Below are positions 15,096 to 25,427 of a stretch of DNA of 39,303 nt, in pieces. The notes beneath the pieces are model-generated. The model did no database searches, was not told the DNA's origin, and worked only from the letters and a program-made list of their open reading frames with translations. The stretch is from assembly GCA_944368875.1 (NCBI GenBank), contig CALVXF010000042.1, forward strand, positions 1 through 39,303. The letters run 5' to 3'. The translations under genes were made by a program, and so were the position numbers. How positions within the stretch are numbered: position 1 is the stretch's first letter; the number at the start of each line of letters is the position of its first letter. The DNA comes from an uncultured Bacilli bacterium (GTDB lineage: Bacteria; Bacillota_I; Bacilli_A; RF39; UBA660).

Positions 15096-17288
15096 GTGGC
15101 TAAAAAGAAAAAGAGAAAAGAAAAAGAAACAGATGTTAGCTATAAAGTAGAATTAATCGGTGTAGTTTTTATTTTGGCTTCGATTATCGGTGTTGGTCGT
15201 TTTGGACCAGTAGGTCGTTTAATAAGTGCTTTTGGTGTATTTTTAATGGGTAATTGGTGGTTTTTATTTTTTGCGATTATGACTATCATTGGTGCTTATA
15301 TGATTTTTAAAAGAGAAGTTCCTATTTTTTTAGATGGAAAAGTTATTGGAATTACAATTACACTTTTGATGATTTTAACACTATCGCATTTTAAATATAT
15401 AGATTCAGAAAAATTAGCAGTGTTTGATGTTTTAAAAACAACAATTGATAATTTTTTACATTCTATTAGTGCTTTAACTATAACTAATCAAAATGGTGGA
15501 GGTATTTTAGGTGCTTTATTTGCTTGCCTTTTTGCTTCACTATTTGATGTTGTCGGTGCGAAAATTGTGACATGGGTATTACTTGTTTTAGGAATTGTGA
15601 TGTTTACAGGTGTATCTATTTTTGATGCTATTAGAAAATTTGCTGATAAGACAAAAGATGTTCTTCATACAAAACATAAAGACAAAGATATGGAAGAAAT
15701 TCATAAGGTCGCTGATGAGTATGAAAAAGATGATAAAGTTGTTATTAATTCTCTTGAAGATTTAAAAGATACAAAAACTGATAAACCAATTTCTAATGCA
15801 GCAGTAGCAGTTGAAAGTGGTGAGGCAATTAATACTAATTATCATCTACCGCCATATAGTATTTTAACTTCTGCTAGTAAGACAAATAATAAAATTAATC
15901 AAGATGCAGTTAAAACAACTATTCCTATATTAAGTGATGTGTTAAAAGATTTTGGAATTGATGCAAAAATAGTGAAAGCCAATATTGGACCTAGTGTCAC
16001 ACAATACGAATTAGAAGTAAAAGCTGGAACTAAAGTAAATAAAATATTAAATTTAGATCGTGAAATAGCGCTAGCACTAGCTGCTAAAAATGTCCATATT
16101 CAAGCGCCTATACCTGGTAAAAGAACAGTAGGTATTGAAATACCTAATCGTTCTACTTCTATGGTTGGGGTACGCGAAGTATTAGAAAGTATTCCTAAGA
16201 GTTTAGAAAATTCTAAATTATTAGCGGTTTTAGGTCGCGATATTATGGGTCAACCACAATGGATGGAAATTAATAAAACACCACACTTACTTGTAGCCGG
16301 TTCTACCGGAAGTGGTAAATCAGTATGTATTAATAGTATTATTACTTCTATTTTAATGCGTGCTAAACCAAACGAAGTTAAACTAGTTTTAGTTGATCCT
16401 AAAAAAGTAGAACTTTCAATGTATAATGGTGTTCCACACCTTTTAATACCTGTTGTTACTGATCCTAAAAAAGCAAATATTGCCTTAAAACGCATGGTTA
16501 GTGAAATGGAACGCCGTTATGATTTGTTTGAAACAACAGGAACTAAAAATATTGCGGGTTATAATTTATATATAGAACGTAAAAATGCGGGCTTAGGTTC
16601 GGAAGGGCAAATTGAAAAATTGCCATATATAGTCATGATTATCGATGAACTTGCTGATCTTATGTTAGTAGCAGCAAAAGAAGTTGAAGATTCTATTATG
16701 CGAATTACTCAAATGGCTAGGGCAGCAGGAATTCATTTAATTGTCGCAACGCAAAGGCCATCTACTGATGTTATTACAGGTGTTGTTAAAGCTAATATTC
16801 CATCACGTATATCTTTTGCTGTATCCAGTAGTATTGATTCACGTACAATATTAGATATGAATGGTGCTGAAAAGTTATTGGGTAAAGGAGATATGTTATT
16901 TAAACCACAAGGAGAAAATACTCCAATCCGTATTCAAGGAACATTTATTTCTGATGAAGATATTAAAAAAGTTGTCGATTATACAATTCGCCAACAAAAA
17001 GCTAATTATAATGAATCTTTTCTTATGGCTGATGAAGATAGAGGAGCAACTACAATGGTAGATAATAAAGACGACTATGATGAACCATTATACAATGATA
17101 TAGTTGAGTTTGTTGTAAGAGAACAAAAAGCAAGTGCCTCTCTTTTGCAAAGACGTTTTCGTTTGGGATATAACAGAGCAGCTCGTTGTATTGATTTATT
17201 AGAAGAACGTGGAATTGTTGGACCAAATAATGGTTCAAAACCAAGAGAAGTTTTAGTTAAACTCAATCAAGAAAAAGAAGAAGAATAG
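15096..17288 (+). CDS. ftsK: DNA translocase FtsK/SpoIIIE
   Basis: The protein has N-terminal TM segments and a linker. The motor domain carries Walker A GSTGSGKSV and IVMIIDELADLM, followed by ATQRPS. The C-terminal gamma winged-helix reads SASLLQRRFRLGYNRAARCIDLLEERGIVGP. GTG start follows aggagg. Confidence 0.9.
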   Translation: MAKKKKRKEKETDVSYKVELIGVVFILASIIGVGRFGPVGRLISAFGVFLMGNWWFLFFAIMTIIGAYMIFKREVPIFLDGKVIGITITLLMILTLSHFKYIDSEKLAVFDVLKTTIDNFLHSISALTITNQNGGGILGALFACLFASLFDVVGAKIVTWVLLVLGIVMFTGVSIFDAIRKFADKTKDVLHTKHKDKDMEEIHKVADEYEKDDKVVINSLEDLKDTKTDKPISNAAVAVESGEAINTNYHLPPYSILTSASKTNNKINQDAVKTTIPILSDVLKDFGIDAKIVKANIGPSVTQYELEVKAGTKVNKILNLDREIALALAAKNVHIQAPIPGKRTVGIEIPNRSTSMVGVREVLESIPKSLENSKLLAVLGRDIMGQPQWMEINKTPHLLVAGSTGSGKSVCINSIITSILMRAKPNEVKLVLVDPKKVELSMYNGVPHLLIPVVTDPKKANIALKRMVSEMERRYDLFETTGTKNIAGYNLYIERKNAGLGSEGQIEKLPYIVMIIDELADLMLVAAKEVEDSIMRITQMARAAGIHLIVATQRPSTDVITGVVKANIPSRISFAVSSSIDSRTILDMNGAEKLLGKGDMLFKPQGENTPIRIQGTFISDEDIKKVVDYTIRQQKANYNESFLMADEDRGATTMVDNKDDYDEPLYNDIVEFVVREQKASASLLQRRFRLGYNRAARCIDLLEERGIVGPNNGSKPREVLVKLNQEKEEE

Positions 17289-17324
17289 AAGTGTAGAAGT
17301 ACATTTCTATTTTTTAAATATTAT

Positions 17325-17353
17325 TTGACATTAATTAAAATATTATCTATAAT
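17325..17353 (+). promoter_or_regulatory. Consensus sigma-A promoter (TTGACA-17 nt-TATAAT)
   Basis: ttgaca is at 17325-17330, the spacer is 17 nt, and tataat is at 17348-17353. RBS ggaggag and ATG 17374 follow. Confidence 0.7.
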
Positions 17354-17373
17354 ACTAATCCGGAGGAGATACT

Positions 17374-18255
17374 ATGATTGAAAATCAATTATTGAAAGCC
17401 CTAAAAAATAAAAAACTATATTATGATTGTTTACATAAATTAGGTCAACAAAAAAAGGGAGTAGCAAGTAACAATTTATATGAGATTTTAAATTATGAAG
17501 CAACTTTAGAGGTGCAAAAGAAAATTAGTGAATATTACTTAAAATATGCATCTATGTTAAATGTTGATTTAGATATTGAAGAATATAAAAAAATACGTCA
17601 TGATGAACAAGTACAATTGATTACTTTGTTAAAAAATATTTCTTCTAAATTAACTAAACTTACAAGTGTTAATGGTGAAAGTTTATCTGCTTTTGACGAT
17701 GAGAAAAAATACAACTCTTCAACAGAATATTACAATAACATGTGTAATATTCGAAATATTCTTATTCAAAATATTAATATTACGGAAATTACAGATTTGA
17801 AAAAAAATATTAATGAGCGTTTTAACAATTATAAAAACATGAATACACAACTAAATCGCAAATTAACTATTCAAAGTAGTAATAGGGATTTAAAACAATA
17901 TTTTGATATTTTAGTGTCAGAATATAATTATCAATCTCTGATTGAAGAAAATAATCGTTTAATTGAAGAATTAGAGCAACAACCACATGAACATTTCTAT
18001 TTAGCTGTTAAACATGTAAAACAAGATGAATTAGTTATAAGATGTGCTATATGTAATCAAGAAAAGACTATTTCTTATGGTGATGATACAGTTTATTATA
18101 GGACAAAAACTGGTGGATTACTAAAAAAGAAAAGTCAGCGTCTAGAAGTATTAGAATATTTATCAAAGTTTAAAGAAAATCAAAATGTTCAAGAAGAAAT
18201 TGAAATAACAAAAGTAAAATTACTTAAAAAGAATAGTAAAAAAAGAAAATCATAA
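17374..18255 (+). CDS. Hypothetical protein, predicted coiled-coil-rich, Lys-rich C-terminus
   Basis: A strong RBS and promoter are present. The 293-aa product is Asn/Lys/Glu/Leu rich with heptad-like stretches and has a single CAICNQE motif. No family was recognised. Confidence 0.5.
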   Translation: MIENQLLKALKNKKLYYDCLHKLGQQKKGVASNNLYEILNYEATLEVQKKISEYYLKYASMLNVDLDIEEYKKIRHDEQVQLITLLKNISSKLTKLTSVNGESLSAFDDEKKYNSSTEYYNNMCNIRNILIQNINITEITDLKKNINERFNNYKNMNTQLNRKLTIQSSNRDLKQYFDILVSEYNYQSLIEENNRLIEELEQQPHEHFYLAVKHVKQDELVIRCAICNQEKTISYGDDTVYYRTKTGGLLKKKSQRLEVLEYLSKFKENQNVQEEIEITKVKLLKKNSKKRKS

Positions 18256-18268
18256 TTTTCTTTTTTTT
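18243..18268 (+). terminator. Rho-independent terminator
   Basis: aagaaaat-cata-attttctt stem followed by a T-run. Confidence 0.55.
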
Positions 18269-18388
18269 ATGTTTTATATTTGGATATATCCTTTTTAATA
18301 TGTAATAAATTTACTTTCTTTTTTATAATAAACGATAGTTTTGTTTGGAAAAACAAGGAATTTATGTTAAAATGATTATGGTGATGGT

Positions 18389-20299
18389 ATGGCAAGATAT
18401 GATGAAAGCTCGATAAAAGTATTAGAAGGATTAGAAGCAGTTCGTAAAAGACCTGGGATGTATATAGGGTCTACTGATCGAAGAGGCCTTCATCATTTAG
18501 TATGGGAAATTGTTGATAATGCGATGGATGAAGTTATCAATGGTTTTGGTAATAAAATTATAGTTAAAATTAATAAAGATGAATCAATAACAGTTATAGA
18601 TGAAGGGCGTGGTGTGCCTGTTGGAGAACATGAAACAGGTAAATCAACACCAGAAGTAATATATACTATTCTTCATGCTGGAGGTAAATTTGAGGAAGGT
18701 GGATATAAAGTATCTGGGGGTCTACATGGTGTTGGGGCTTCGGTTGTTAATGCTCTAAGTTTATGGATGGAAGTTTATATTAAGCGTGATGGATATAATC
18801 ATTATATTCGTTTTGAAAATGGTGGGCATACAAAGATTCCGTTAAAAACTTTAGAAAAAACTAATAAGACAGGAACAACTGTTACTTTTAAACCAGATCC
18901 TGATATTTTTTCAACTACACATTTTTCTTATTCAACGATATGTGAAAGAATGCAAGAAAGTGCTTTTTTGCTTAAAAATCTAACAGTTGAAGTAATTGAT
19001 GAAATAGAAGATCGCAGTGAAGTTTTTCATTATGACGAAGGGATTAAATCATTTGTTGAATATTTAGATGAAGATAAGATGCCACTTCATAAAGTTTTTA
19101 CAACAGAAGGTGTTAAAGATAAGTTTGTTGTCGATGTAGCGCTACAATATACAGATACATATTCTGAAAATATAATATCATTTGTCAATAATGTTAAGAC
19201 TAATGATGGTGGTACCCATGAAGTTGGTTTTAAAACTGCTTTGACGCGTGTTTTTAATGATTATGCCAAAAGTAATGGTTATTTAAAAGCAAAAGATAAA
19301 AATTTCGAAGGTAATGATACGCGTGAAGGATTAACGGCTATTATAAGTGTTCAAATACCAGAAGATAAATTGCAATTTGAAGGACAAACTAAAAGTAAAT
19401 TAGGAACACCTGAAGCACGTAATATTGTAGAAAGTATTGTCAGTGAGAAATTATCATTCTTTTTAGAAGAAAATAAACAAATTGCTGATGAAATACTGAA
19501 GAAAATGTGCAAAAGTAAAATGGTTAGAGAAGCTGCTCGTAGGGCTCGTGATGAGGCTCGTAATGGCAAAGATAAGAGTAAAAAAGAACGTGCTTTAAGT
19601 GGAAAACTAGCTCCTGCTCAAACTCGTAATCCTAAGAAAAATGAATTGTTTTTAGTCGAAGGAGATAGTGCTGGTGGTAGTGCTAAAGGAGGACGTGACC
19701 GAACTTTTCAAGCTATTTTACCTTTGCGTGGTAAAGTTATTAATACTGAAAAAGCGCGTATGGAAGATATATTGAAAAATGAAGAAATCAATACAATGAT
19801 TTATACAATTGGAGCTGGTGTAGGTAGTGATTTTACGATTGATGATGTTAATTATGATAAGGTTATTATTATGACTGATGCCGATGATGATGGCGCTCAT
19901 ATTCAAATATTATTAATTACTTTTTTCTATCGCTATATGAAACCATTAATAGAAGCAGGTAAATTATATATTGCTTTACCGCCACTTTATAAAATTGATT
20001 ATGGTAAAAAACATCTTTATGCTTGGACAGATGAAGAATTAAAACAGATTTTAGCTGAGAATAATACTAAACCTTATATTCAAAGATATAAAGGGCTAGG
20101 TGAAATGAATGCTTCACAGTTATGGGAAACAACGATGGATCCTAATACCCGTGCTTTAATTAGAGTAACAATTGGTGATGCTGCCTTAGCTGAAAAACGT
20201 GTTAGTGTACTAATGGGTGATAATGTTACTCCTCGTAAGGAATGGATTGAAGAAAATGTTGAGTTTTCGCTTGAGGATAATTACAAAATAGATAAGTAG
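18389..20299 (+). CDS. parE: DNA topoisomerase IV subunit B
   Basis: LEGLEAVRKRPGMYIGST, the GHKL ATPase region, the TOPRIM motif ELFLVEGDSAGGSAK, and IMTDADDDGAHI. It is called ParE rather than GyrB because the paired A-type subunit has the ParC-type N-terminus. Confidence 0.82.
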   Translation: MARYDESSIKVLEGLEAVRKRPGMYIGSTDRRGLHHLVWEIVDNAMDEVINGFGNKIIVKINKDESITVIDEGRGVPVGEHETGKSTPEVIYTILHAGGKFEEGGYKVSGGLHGVGASVVNALSLWMEVYIKRDGYNHYIRFENGGHTKIPLKTLEKTNKTGTTVTFKPDPDIFSTTHFSYSTICERMQESAFLLKNLTVEVIDEIEDRSEVFHYDEGIKSFVEYLDEDKMPLHKVFTTEGVKDKFVVDVALQYTDTYSENIISFVNNVKTNDGGTHEVGFKTALTRVFNDYAKSNGYLKAKDKNFEGNDTREGLTAIISVQIPEDKLQFEGQTKSKLGTPEARNIVESIVSEKLSFFLEENKQIADEILKKMCKSKMVREAARRARDEARNGKDKSKKERALSGKLAPAQTRNPKKNELFLVEGDSAGGSAKGGRDRTFQAILPLRGKVINTEKARMEDILKNEEINTMIYTIGAGVGSDFTIDDVNYDKVIIMTDADDDGAHIQILLITFFYRYMKPLIEAGKLYIALPPLYKIDYGKKHLYAWTDEELKQILAENNTKPYIQRYKGLGEMNASQLWETTMDPNTRALIRVTIGDAALAEKRVSVLMGDNVTPRKEWIEENVEFSLEDNYKIDK

Positions 20300-20306
20300 G
20301 TGAATT

Positions 20307-22838
20307 ATGCAAGAAGATTTATTTGGACGAATCCACAATTATGCTTTAGAAGAAATAATGGGGGATCGCTTTGGTAGATATGCTAAAGCAATCATTCAAG
20401 ATCGTGCGATACCAGATGTTCGTGATGGCTTGAAGCCGGTTCAAAGACGTATTTTATATGGTATGTATAAAGATCGTAATACTTATGATAAACCATATCG
20501 TAAAAGTGCCAAAACAGTAGGATATATTATGGGTAATTACCATCCTCATGGTGATTCATCTATTTATGATGCAATGGTTCGTATGAGTCAATGGTGGAAA
20601 CAAAATACTATTTATATTGATATGCATGGTAATAATGGTTCTATGGATGGTGATGGCGCAGCTGCTATGCGTTATACTGAAGCAAGACTTGCTAAAATAA
20701 GTAATGAATTACTTAAAGATATTGATAAAAATACTGTTATTTGGGCACCTAATTTTGACGATACAGAATTAGAACCAACGGTCTTACCTGCTAAATTTCC
20801 TAATTTATTAGTTAATGGTGCAACAGGTATTAGTGCAGGATATGCAACTAATATTCCACCTCATAATTTAGGTGAAATCATTGATGCAACAATTAAAAGA
20901 ATTGATAGTCCAAACTCGCGCTTGGAAACAATTATGGATATTGTTAAAGGTCCTGATTTTCCAACCGGTGGGGTTGTTGAAGGTCTTGATGGCATTCGTG
21001 ATGCTTTTCAAACGGGAAAAGGTAAAATTACTGTTCGTTCTAAAATTGAGTTTAAAAAAGAAAAGGGAAAAGAACAAATAATTATTACTGAAATACCATT
21101 TGATGTCAATAAAGCTATGATGGTTAAGAAAATGGATGAAGTAAGAATAGATAAAAAAGTTGATGGTATTTTAGAAGTCAGAGATGAAACTGATCGTGAT
21201 GGATTGCGCATCGTAATTGATTTAAAGAAAGATGCTAATAAAGATTTAATATTAAATTATTTACTTAAAAATACCGATTTACAAATATCTTATAGTTATA
21301 ATATGGTTGCGATTGTAAATCGTTGTCCTAAAACATTAGGTATTTTAGACATATTAGATGATTATATTAAACATCAAAAAGAAGTAATAACAAAAAGAAC
21401 GATGTTCGATTTAGAAACCGCACGTAGTGAAATGCATATTGTTGAAGGTTTGATTAAAGCTATTTCTATTTTAGATGAAGTTATTAGAACTATTCGTGCT
21501 TCTAAAAATAAAAGTGATGCTAAAGTGAATTTAGTAAATAAATTTGCTTTTACTGAAAAACAAGCAGAAGCAATTGTGACTTTACAATTGTATAGATTAA
21601 CTAATACCGATGTTACTCTTCTAGAAGAAAAACTAAAAAAATTGATGCTTATTATTAAAGCATTAGAAATGGTTTTAGCTGATCCAGAACGATTAAAAGC
21701 AGTTATGAAAGATGAACTTAGACAAATTAAAAAAGAATATGCAACCCCAAGGAAAACAGTTATTAGTAGTGAAGTTACCGAAATCAAAATTGATACAAAC
21801 GCAATGATTCCTAAAGAAGATGTCATTGTAGTAGTAACAAAAGAAGGGTATGTTAAACGTGTATCACTTCGCAGTTATCAAGCTAGTAATAACGAAGATG
21901 CAAGTGTTAAAGAAGGAGATTATGTAATTGGTTTATTCAGTATGAATACTATGGATACTTTGCTTATGTTTACAAAACTAGGTAATTATTTATATATTCC
22001 AGTGCATGAATTACCTGATTTGAAATGGAAAGATTTAGGAAAACATGTAAGCAATATTATTAAATTAGATAGTGATGATGAAATTATTAAAGCTATTCCA
22101 ATTTATGATTTTAAGAAAGATATTTACATTACATTGTTCAGTAGAAATGGTATGGTAAAACGCAGTAAACTAGAAGAATTCTTTGTTACACGCTATACTA
22201 AACCACTTACTTGTATGAAACTAAAAGATCATGACTTTGTAGTTAGTGTTGATATTTCAAATAAACAAGAAGTATTTGTATCTACGCATAATGGTTATGG
22301 TCTATGGTACGATGTTAGTGAAATTCCTGTATCTGGACTACGTTCAAGTGGTGTTAAAGCGATATCTTTAAAAAATGATTATGTTATAAGTGGACATCTT
22401 TTTGATGGAAGTGTGGAATATTTAACAGTATTAACTGAAAAAAATACCGCAAAACGTATAAAACTAACTGAATTTGATAAGGCTACACGTGCTCGTCGTG
22501 GTTTATTGATGATTCGTGAAATCAAAACAAACCCACATAATATTTTAAAAACTTTTATGGTTACTAATAAAGAAAATATAGGTATAAAGACTAAAGATGA
22601 AATTGTCTATAAGAAGATAACCGAATTGCCTATTTTAGATCGTTATGCTTCTGGAACAAATATTATAAAAGCTCCAATCTTAGATGCTTTCAAAGAAAGT
22701 GTTCTAATTTCAAAAGATAAAGAAGAAGAAATAGTGGCAGTAACTAAAGAAATAAGTAATGTCTCTTTGAAAGAAGTAGATGAAAGAATAATGACAATTG
22801 ATGGTTTGTTAGATGAGTTTGAAACGAAAAAGAAATAG
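20307..22838 (+). CDS. parC: DNA topoisomerase IV subunit A
   Basis: The N-terminal [34 protein letters not shown] is ParC-type. [10 protein letters not shown] contains the catalytic Tyr. No GyrA box was noted in the C-terminal domain. Confidence 0.82.
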   Translation: MQEDLFGRIHNYALEEIMGDRFGRYAKAIIQDRAIPDVRDGLKPVQRRILYGMYKDRNTYDKPYRKSAKTVGYIMGNYHPHGDSSIYDAMVRMSQWWKQNTIYIDMHGNNGSMDGDGAAAMRYTEARLAKISNELLKDIDKNTVIWAPNFDDTELEPTVLPAKFPNLLVNGATGISAGYATNIPPHNLGEIIDATIKRIDSPNSRLETIMDIVKGPDFPTGGVVEGLDGIRDAFQTGKGKITVRSKIEFKKEKGKEQIIITEIPFDVNKAMMVKKMDEVRIDKKVDGILEVRDETDRDGLRIVIDLKKDANKDLILNYLLKNTDLQISYSYNMVAIVNRCPKTLGILDILDDYIKHQKEVITKRTMFDLETARSEMHIVEGLIKAISILDEVIRTIRASKNKSDAKVNLVNKFAFTEKQAEAIVTLQLYRLTNTDVTLLEEKLKKLMLIIKALEMVLADPERLKAVMKDELRQIKKEYATPRKTVISSEVTEIKIDTNAMIPKEDVIVVVTKEGYVKRVSLRSYQASNNEDASVKEGDYVIGLFSMNTMDTLLMFTKLGNYLYIPVHELPDLKWKDLGKHVSNIIKLDSDDEIIKAIPIYDFKKDIYITLFSRNGMVKRSKLEEFFVTRYTKPLTCMKLKDHDFVVSVDISNKQEVFVSTHNGYGLWYDVSEIPVSGLRSSGVKAISLKNDYVISGHLFDGSVEYLTVLTEKNTAKRIKLTEFDKATRARRGLLMIREIKTNPHNILKTFMVTNKENIGIKTKDEIVYKKITELPILDRYASGTNIIKAPILDAFKESVLISKDKEEEIVAVTKEISNVSLKEVDERIMTIDGLLDEFETKKK

Positions 22839-22871
22839 TGTTTGTGAAATAAAAAAGCAAACACTTTTTTT
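22838..22871. terminator. Bidirectional terminator between the convergent parC and femAB-family genes
   Basis: gtgtttg...caaacac stem with an A-rich loop, followed by ttttttt. Confidence 0.6.
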
Positions 22872-22896
22872 GTGCTTGCATATATAACATGTTTAG

Positions 22897-24117
22897 TTAT
22901 TTCTTTTTCTTCATTACATGACGTATTTTTTTAGCTACGGGAATAGCTTTATTAACCAATAAATATTTGCTTTTGTTGATGATGAGATCATATTCACCTA
23001 TATATTCAAAAACTATAGGATTAAATTTTGATTTAAAAACAGATAAGTGATCTTTTAGCGAACCATCAACACCACCCAAGTTACAATAATGACATTTTTC
23101 TTGAATGCTTATTTTCATTAATTCATAGACCATAGCAGTTGATATTCTAAGTTGTGGCAAATCAAGATCGTTACCAGCATATATATAGTCACACATTTTT
23201 ACGCCTTCTTTATTGCTAGGAAGAATTGTAAGTGAAGCAGATAAAAGTAGATGTCTATTATTTTTTAATCTAGATTTGATATCCGCAATCTCTTCAGGTT
23301 TACCATTATTATTTGTAAGAAAACTTAAATAAGTTTCTAAATCAACATATCCTAATAAAAATAATGCTTGTTCTTTGAAAGTATGCAAAATTGTTTTAAA
23401 ATATGTGATATTGCGCAAATTGATGTTTTGTCTTTGTTCTGTACAATTGATGATACGCATAAAATCTTCTAATTCTTCTTCTTTAGTAATACGTTTAAAA
23501 TATACACCACGTTTTTCATGAAAAGAACCTAGATAATAACGATTTTTACTTTTGAAATTTTTTAATACATCATCAATAGTTAAAATATTGTTATCTTTAT
23601 CACATAAATTAATGACCATATTAAAGCGTGGTTGATAAGTTTTATCGATTTCTTTAATAAATCCTTTGTGTTTAAAACCTAAAGATATTAAGTTGTTGTG
23701 TTTAGTTTCCCAATTATGACTATAATTTATAGGTGTTTCACATTTTATATTTGTTGTGATTTCTTTATAACTTACTTCCGAATTACAAAAATTAGGTTCG
23801 ATTGTAATCGCATAACATTTAAGTTTTTTTGCTAAATTATATAAACTATTTTTAAAAAAAGATAGTAATTCTCGGTTTTCAAAATCAATAAGTGGTCCTC
23901 TTGGAATATACATAAGTTTAAGATTTAAACCTAAATTTCTAATTAGAATTGAACAAACACTTATTAGTTTATCATCATCGTAAATACCACATAAAATATT
24001 TTCAAAATTATTTTTTACGACTGCCCATTTATCATCTTGCATAAAACTAACAGTAGAATAGTTTTCAATAAACTTATGATATTCATTACTATCTATGTTT
24101 ATTTTAAATTTATACAT
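22897..24117 (-). CDS. FemAB-family peptidoglycan interpeptide-bridge aminoacyltransferase (FemX/MurM-like)
   Basis: 406 aa. The N-terminal layout (H.FI......SFMQ...W..VK) and the central coiled insertion resemble FemABX/MurMN transferases. Confidence 0.7.
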   Translation of the reverse strand: MYKFKINIDSNEYHKFIENYSTVSFMQDDKWAVVKNNFENILCGIYDDDKLISVCSILIRNLGLNLKLMYIPRGPLIDFENRELLSFFKNSLYNLAKKLKCYAITIEPNFCNSEVSYKEITTNIKCETPINYSHNWETKHNNLISLGFKHKGFIKEIDKTYQPRFNMVINLCDKDNNILTIDDVLKNFKSKNRYYLGSFHEKRGVYFKRITKEEELEDFMRIINCTEQRQNINLRNITYFKTILHTFKEQALFLLGYVDLETYLSFLTNNNGKPEEIADIKSRLKNNRHLLLSASLTILPSNKEGVKMCDYIYAGNDLDLPQLRISTAMVYELMKISIQEKCHYCNLGGVDGSLKDHLSVFKSKFNPIVFEYIGEYDLIINKSKYLLVNKAIPVAKKIRHVMKKKK

Positions 24118-24208
24118 TTTATCACTCTTTCTTTTTTTATTATAACATATATCTAACTAAAATAATCAACACTTCCTAATTTTTGCATAAAATAAAGTAG
24201 GTGGTTAT

Positions 24209-24571
24209 ATGTCCAAAAAAGATGAATTTAAAGAATTTGTAAAAAATAATCCAGATCTTTTAAAACATGTTAGAGAAGGTAATATGACATTTCAAAAGTT
24301 CTATGAAATGTATGATATATATGGAAGTGAACATGAGGTATGGAATGATTATTTAAATAAAGAAAGTTCCACATCTGTTAAAAATACCTCATCATCTTTT
24401 TCTGATTTATTTAAGATGTTTAAAAATATTGATTTAGATAGTGTTCAAAGAGGAATTGGCAATTTAGAAAGAGTTATAGGTGTCATAGGTGAAATGGGTA
24501 AAAAAGATGTTGAGGAAACACCTAAAAACAAATATAAACCGCGACCTATTTACAAACACTTTGAAGATTAA
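24209..24571 (+). CDS. YlbD-like protein (putative spore coat protein family)
   Basis: EFKEFVKNNPDLLKHVREGNMTFQKFYEMYDIYGSEHEVW parallels the B. subtilis YlbD N-terminus. Synteny matches ylbD-ylbE-...-rsmD. Confidence 0.5.
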   Translation: MSKKDEFKEFVKNNPDLLKHVREGNMTFQKFYEMYDIYGSEHEVWNDYLNKESSTSVKNTSSSFSDLFKMFKNIDLDSVQRGIGNLERVIGVIGEMGKKDVEETPKNKYKPRPIYKHFED

Positions 24572-24792
24572 TGGTATATAATGTTCAAAATAGACTTTTT
24601 GAAAATACTGCTTTATTAAATTATCTTCGTACCCATTCTTATTGGTATAAATATTTAAATCGTGATGCTTCCAATTTTAATAAAATGCAAAATGAATATA
24701 AAGAGATGGTTAGAAAAGCAAAAGTTCAAAAAGCAAGTGATACTTTGAGTACTATTGAAATGCTTACTTCTATTGTAAATACATTAAAATGA
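24571..24792 (+). CDS. YlbE-like small protein
   Basis: LNYLRTHSYWYKYLNRD resembles the YlbE P.WYR.L.R motif. The start overlaps the preceding stop (TAATG). Confidence 0.45.
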   Translation: MVYNVQNRLFENTALLNYLRTHSYWYKYLNRDASNFNKMQNEYKEMVRKAKVQKASDTLSTIEMLTSIVNTLK

Positions 24793-24816
24793 GGTATAAT
24801 AATAGTGGTGATTTAA

Positions 24817-25353
24817 GTGCGTATTATTAGTGGTTTATATAAAGGTAGAGATATAGAAGGATTTGATATTGTTGGTACTAGACCAACTATGAATAGAGTA
24901 AAAGAATCACTTTTTGCAATGATTCAAGCTTATTTATCTAATGCGATAGTTCTAGATTTGTTTGCAGGTAGTGGGAATTTAGGTATTGAGGCTTTAAGCC
25001 AAGGAGCCAAACATGCTTATCTAGTTGACCACAATAAAGAAGCAGTAAAAGTGATTAAAAATAATATTAGTAAGTTGAAAATTACGGATGCTACTATTAT
25101 TTGTGATGATTATTTAAAGGCTCTTATGTTTTTTAAACAACAACAAATTAAGTTTGATGTGATATTTCTAGATCCTCCTTATCAAGATAATTTACTCAAT
25201 GAAGCTATCGCCTTTATTGAAAAAAATAATCTGTTAATTGAAGGTGGGATTCTTATTTGTGAGTCTGATAGTGTGCATAATGTTTTATGTAGTTATTCTG
25301 TATTTAAAAAGCGAATTTATAGTGATAAGAAAATCGTAATTTATAAAAAGTGA
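24817..25353 (+). CDS. rsmD: 16S rRNA (guanine966-N2)-methyltransferase RsmD
   Basis: RIISGLYKGR, TRPTMNRVKESLFAMI, the SAM motif VLDLFAGSGNLGIEALSQGA, and FLDPPY. GTG start. Confidence 0.85.
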   Translation: MRIISGLYKGRDIEGFDIVGTRPTMNRVKESLFAMIQAYLSNAIVLDLFAGSGNLGIEALSQGAKHAYLVDHNKEAVKVIKNNISKLKITDATIICDDYLKALMFFKQQQIKFDVIFLDPPYQDNLLNEAIAFIEKNNLLIEGGILICESDSVHNVLCSYSVFKKRIYSDKKIVIYKK

Positions 25354-25371
25354 AATTATTCACTTTTTTTT
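25347..25371 (+). terminator. rsmD terminator
   Basis: aaagtgaa-atta-ttcacttt stem spanning the stop codon, followed by a T-run. Confidence 0.6.
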
Positions 25372-25427
25372 GTTGTTATAAGGGTTTTATCGCAAGGATG
25401 AAGAATATTAAAGTAGGAGGTAAAAAA

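Noticed and set aside
21374-21826. A 150-aa minus-strand ORF inside parC. Similar antisense ORFs lie at 31731-32132 (in tsf), 36761-37105 (in mutL), 34151-34447 (in uvrC), 7741-7965, 16250-16495, 17050-17266, 19351-19569, 19718-19906, 20868-21211, 22643-22864, 27077-27310, 30852-31124 and 38678-38872.
   Set aside because: All are fully embedded antisense, or out of frame on the + strand (16861-17061, 20872-21081), within strongly supported conserved CDSs. They encode low-complexity Ser/Leu/Ile/Phe-rich products and lack RBSs. The long parC antisense frame is explained by a stretch of the sense protein that is poor in Tyr, His and Gln codons, which would otherwise create antisense stops.
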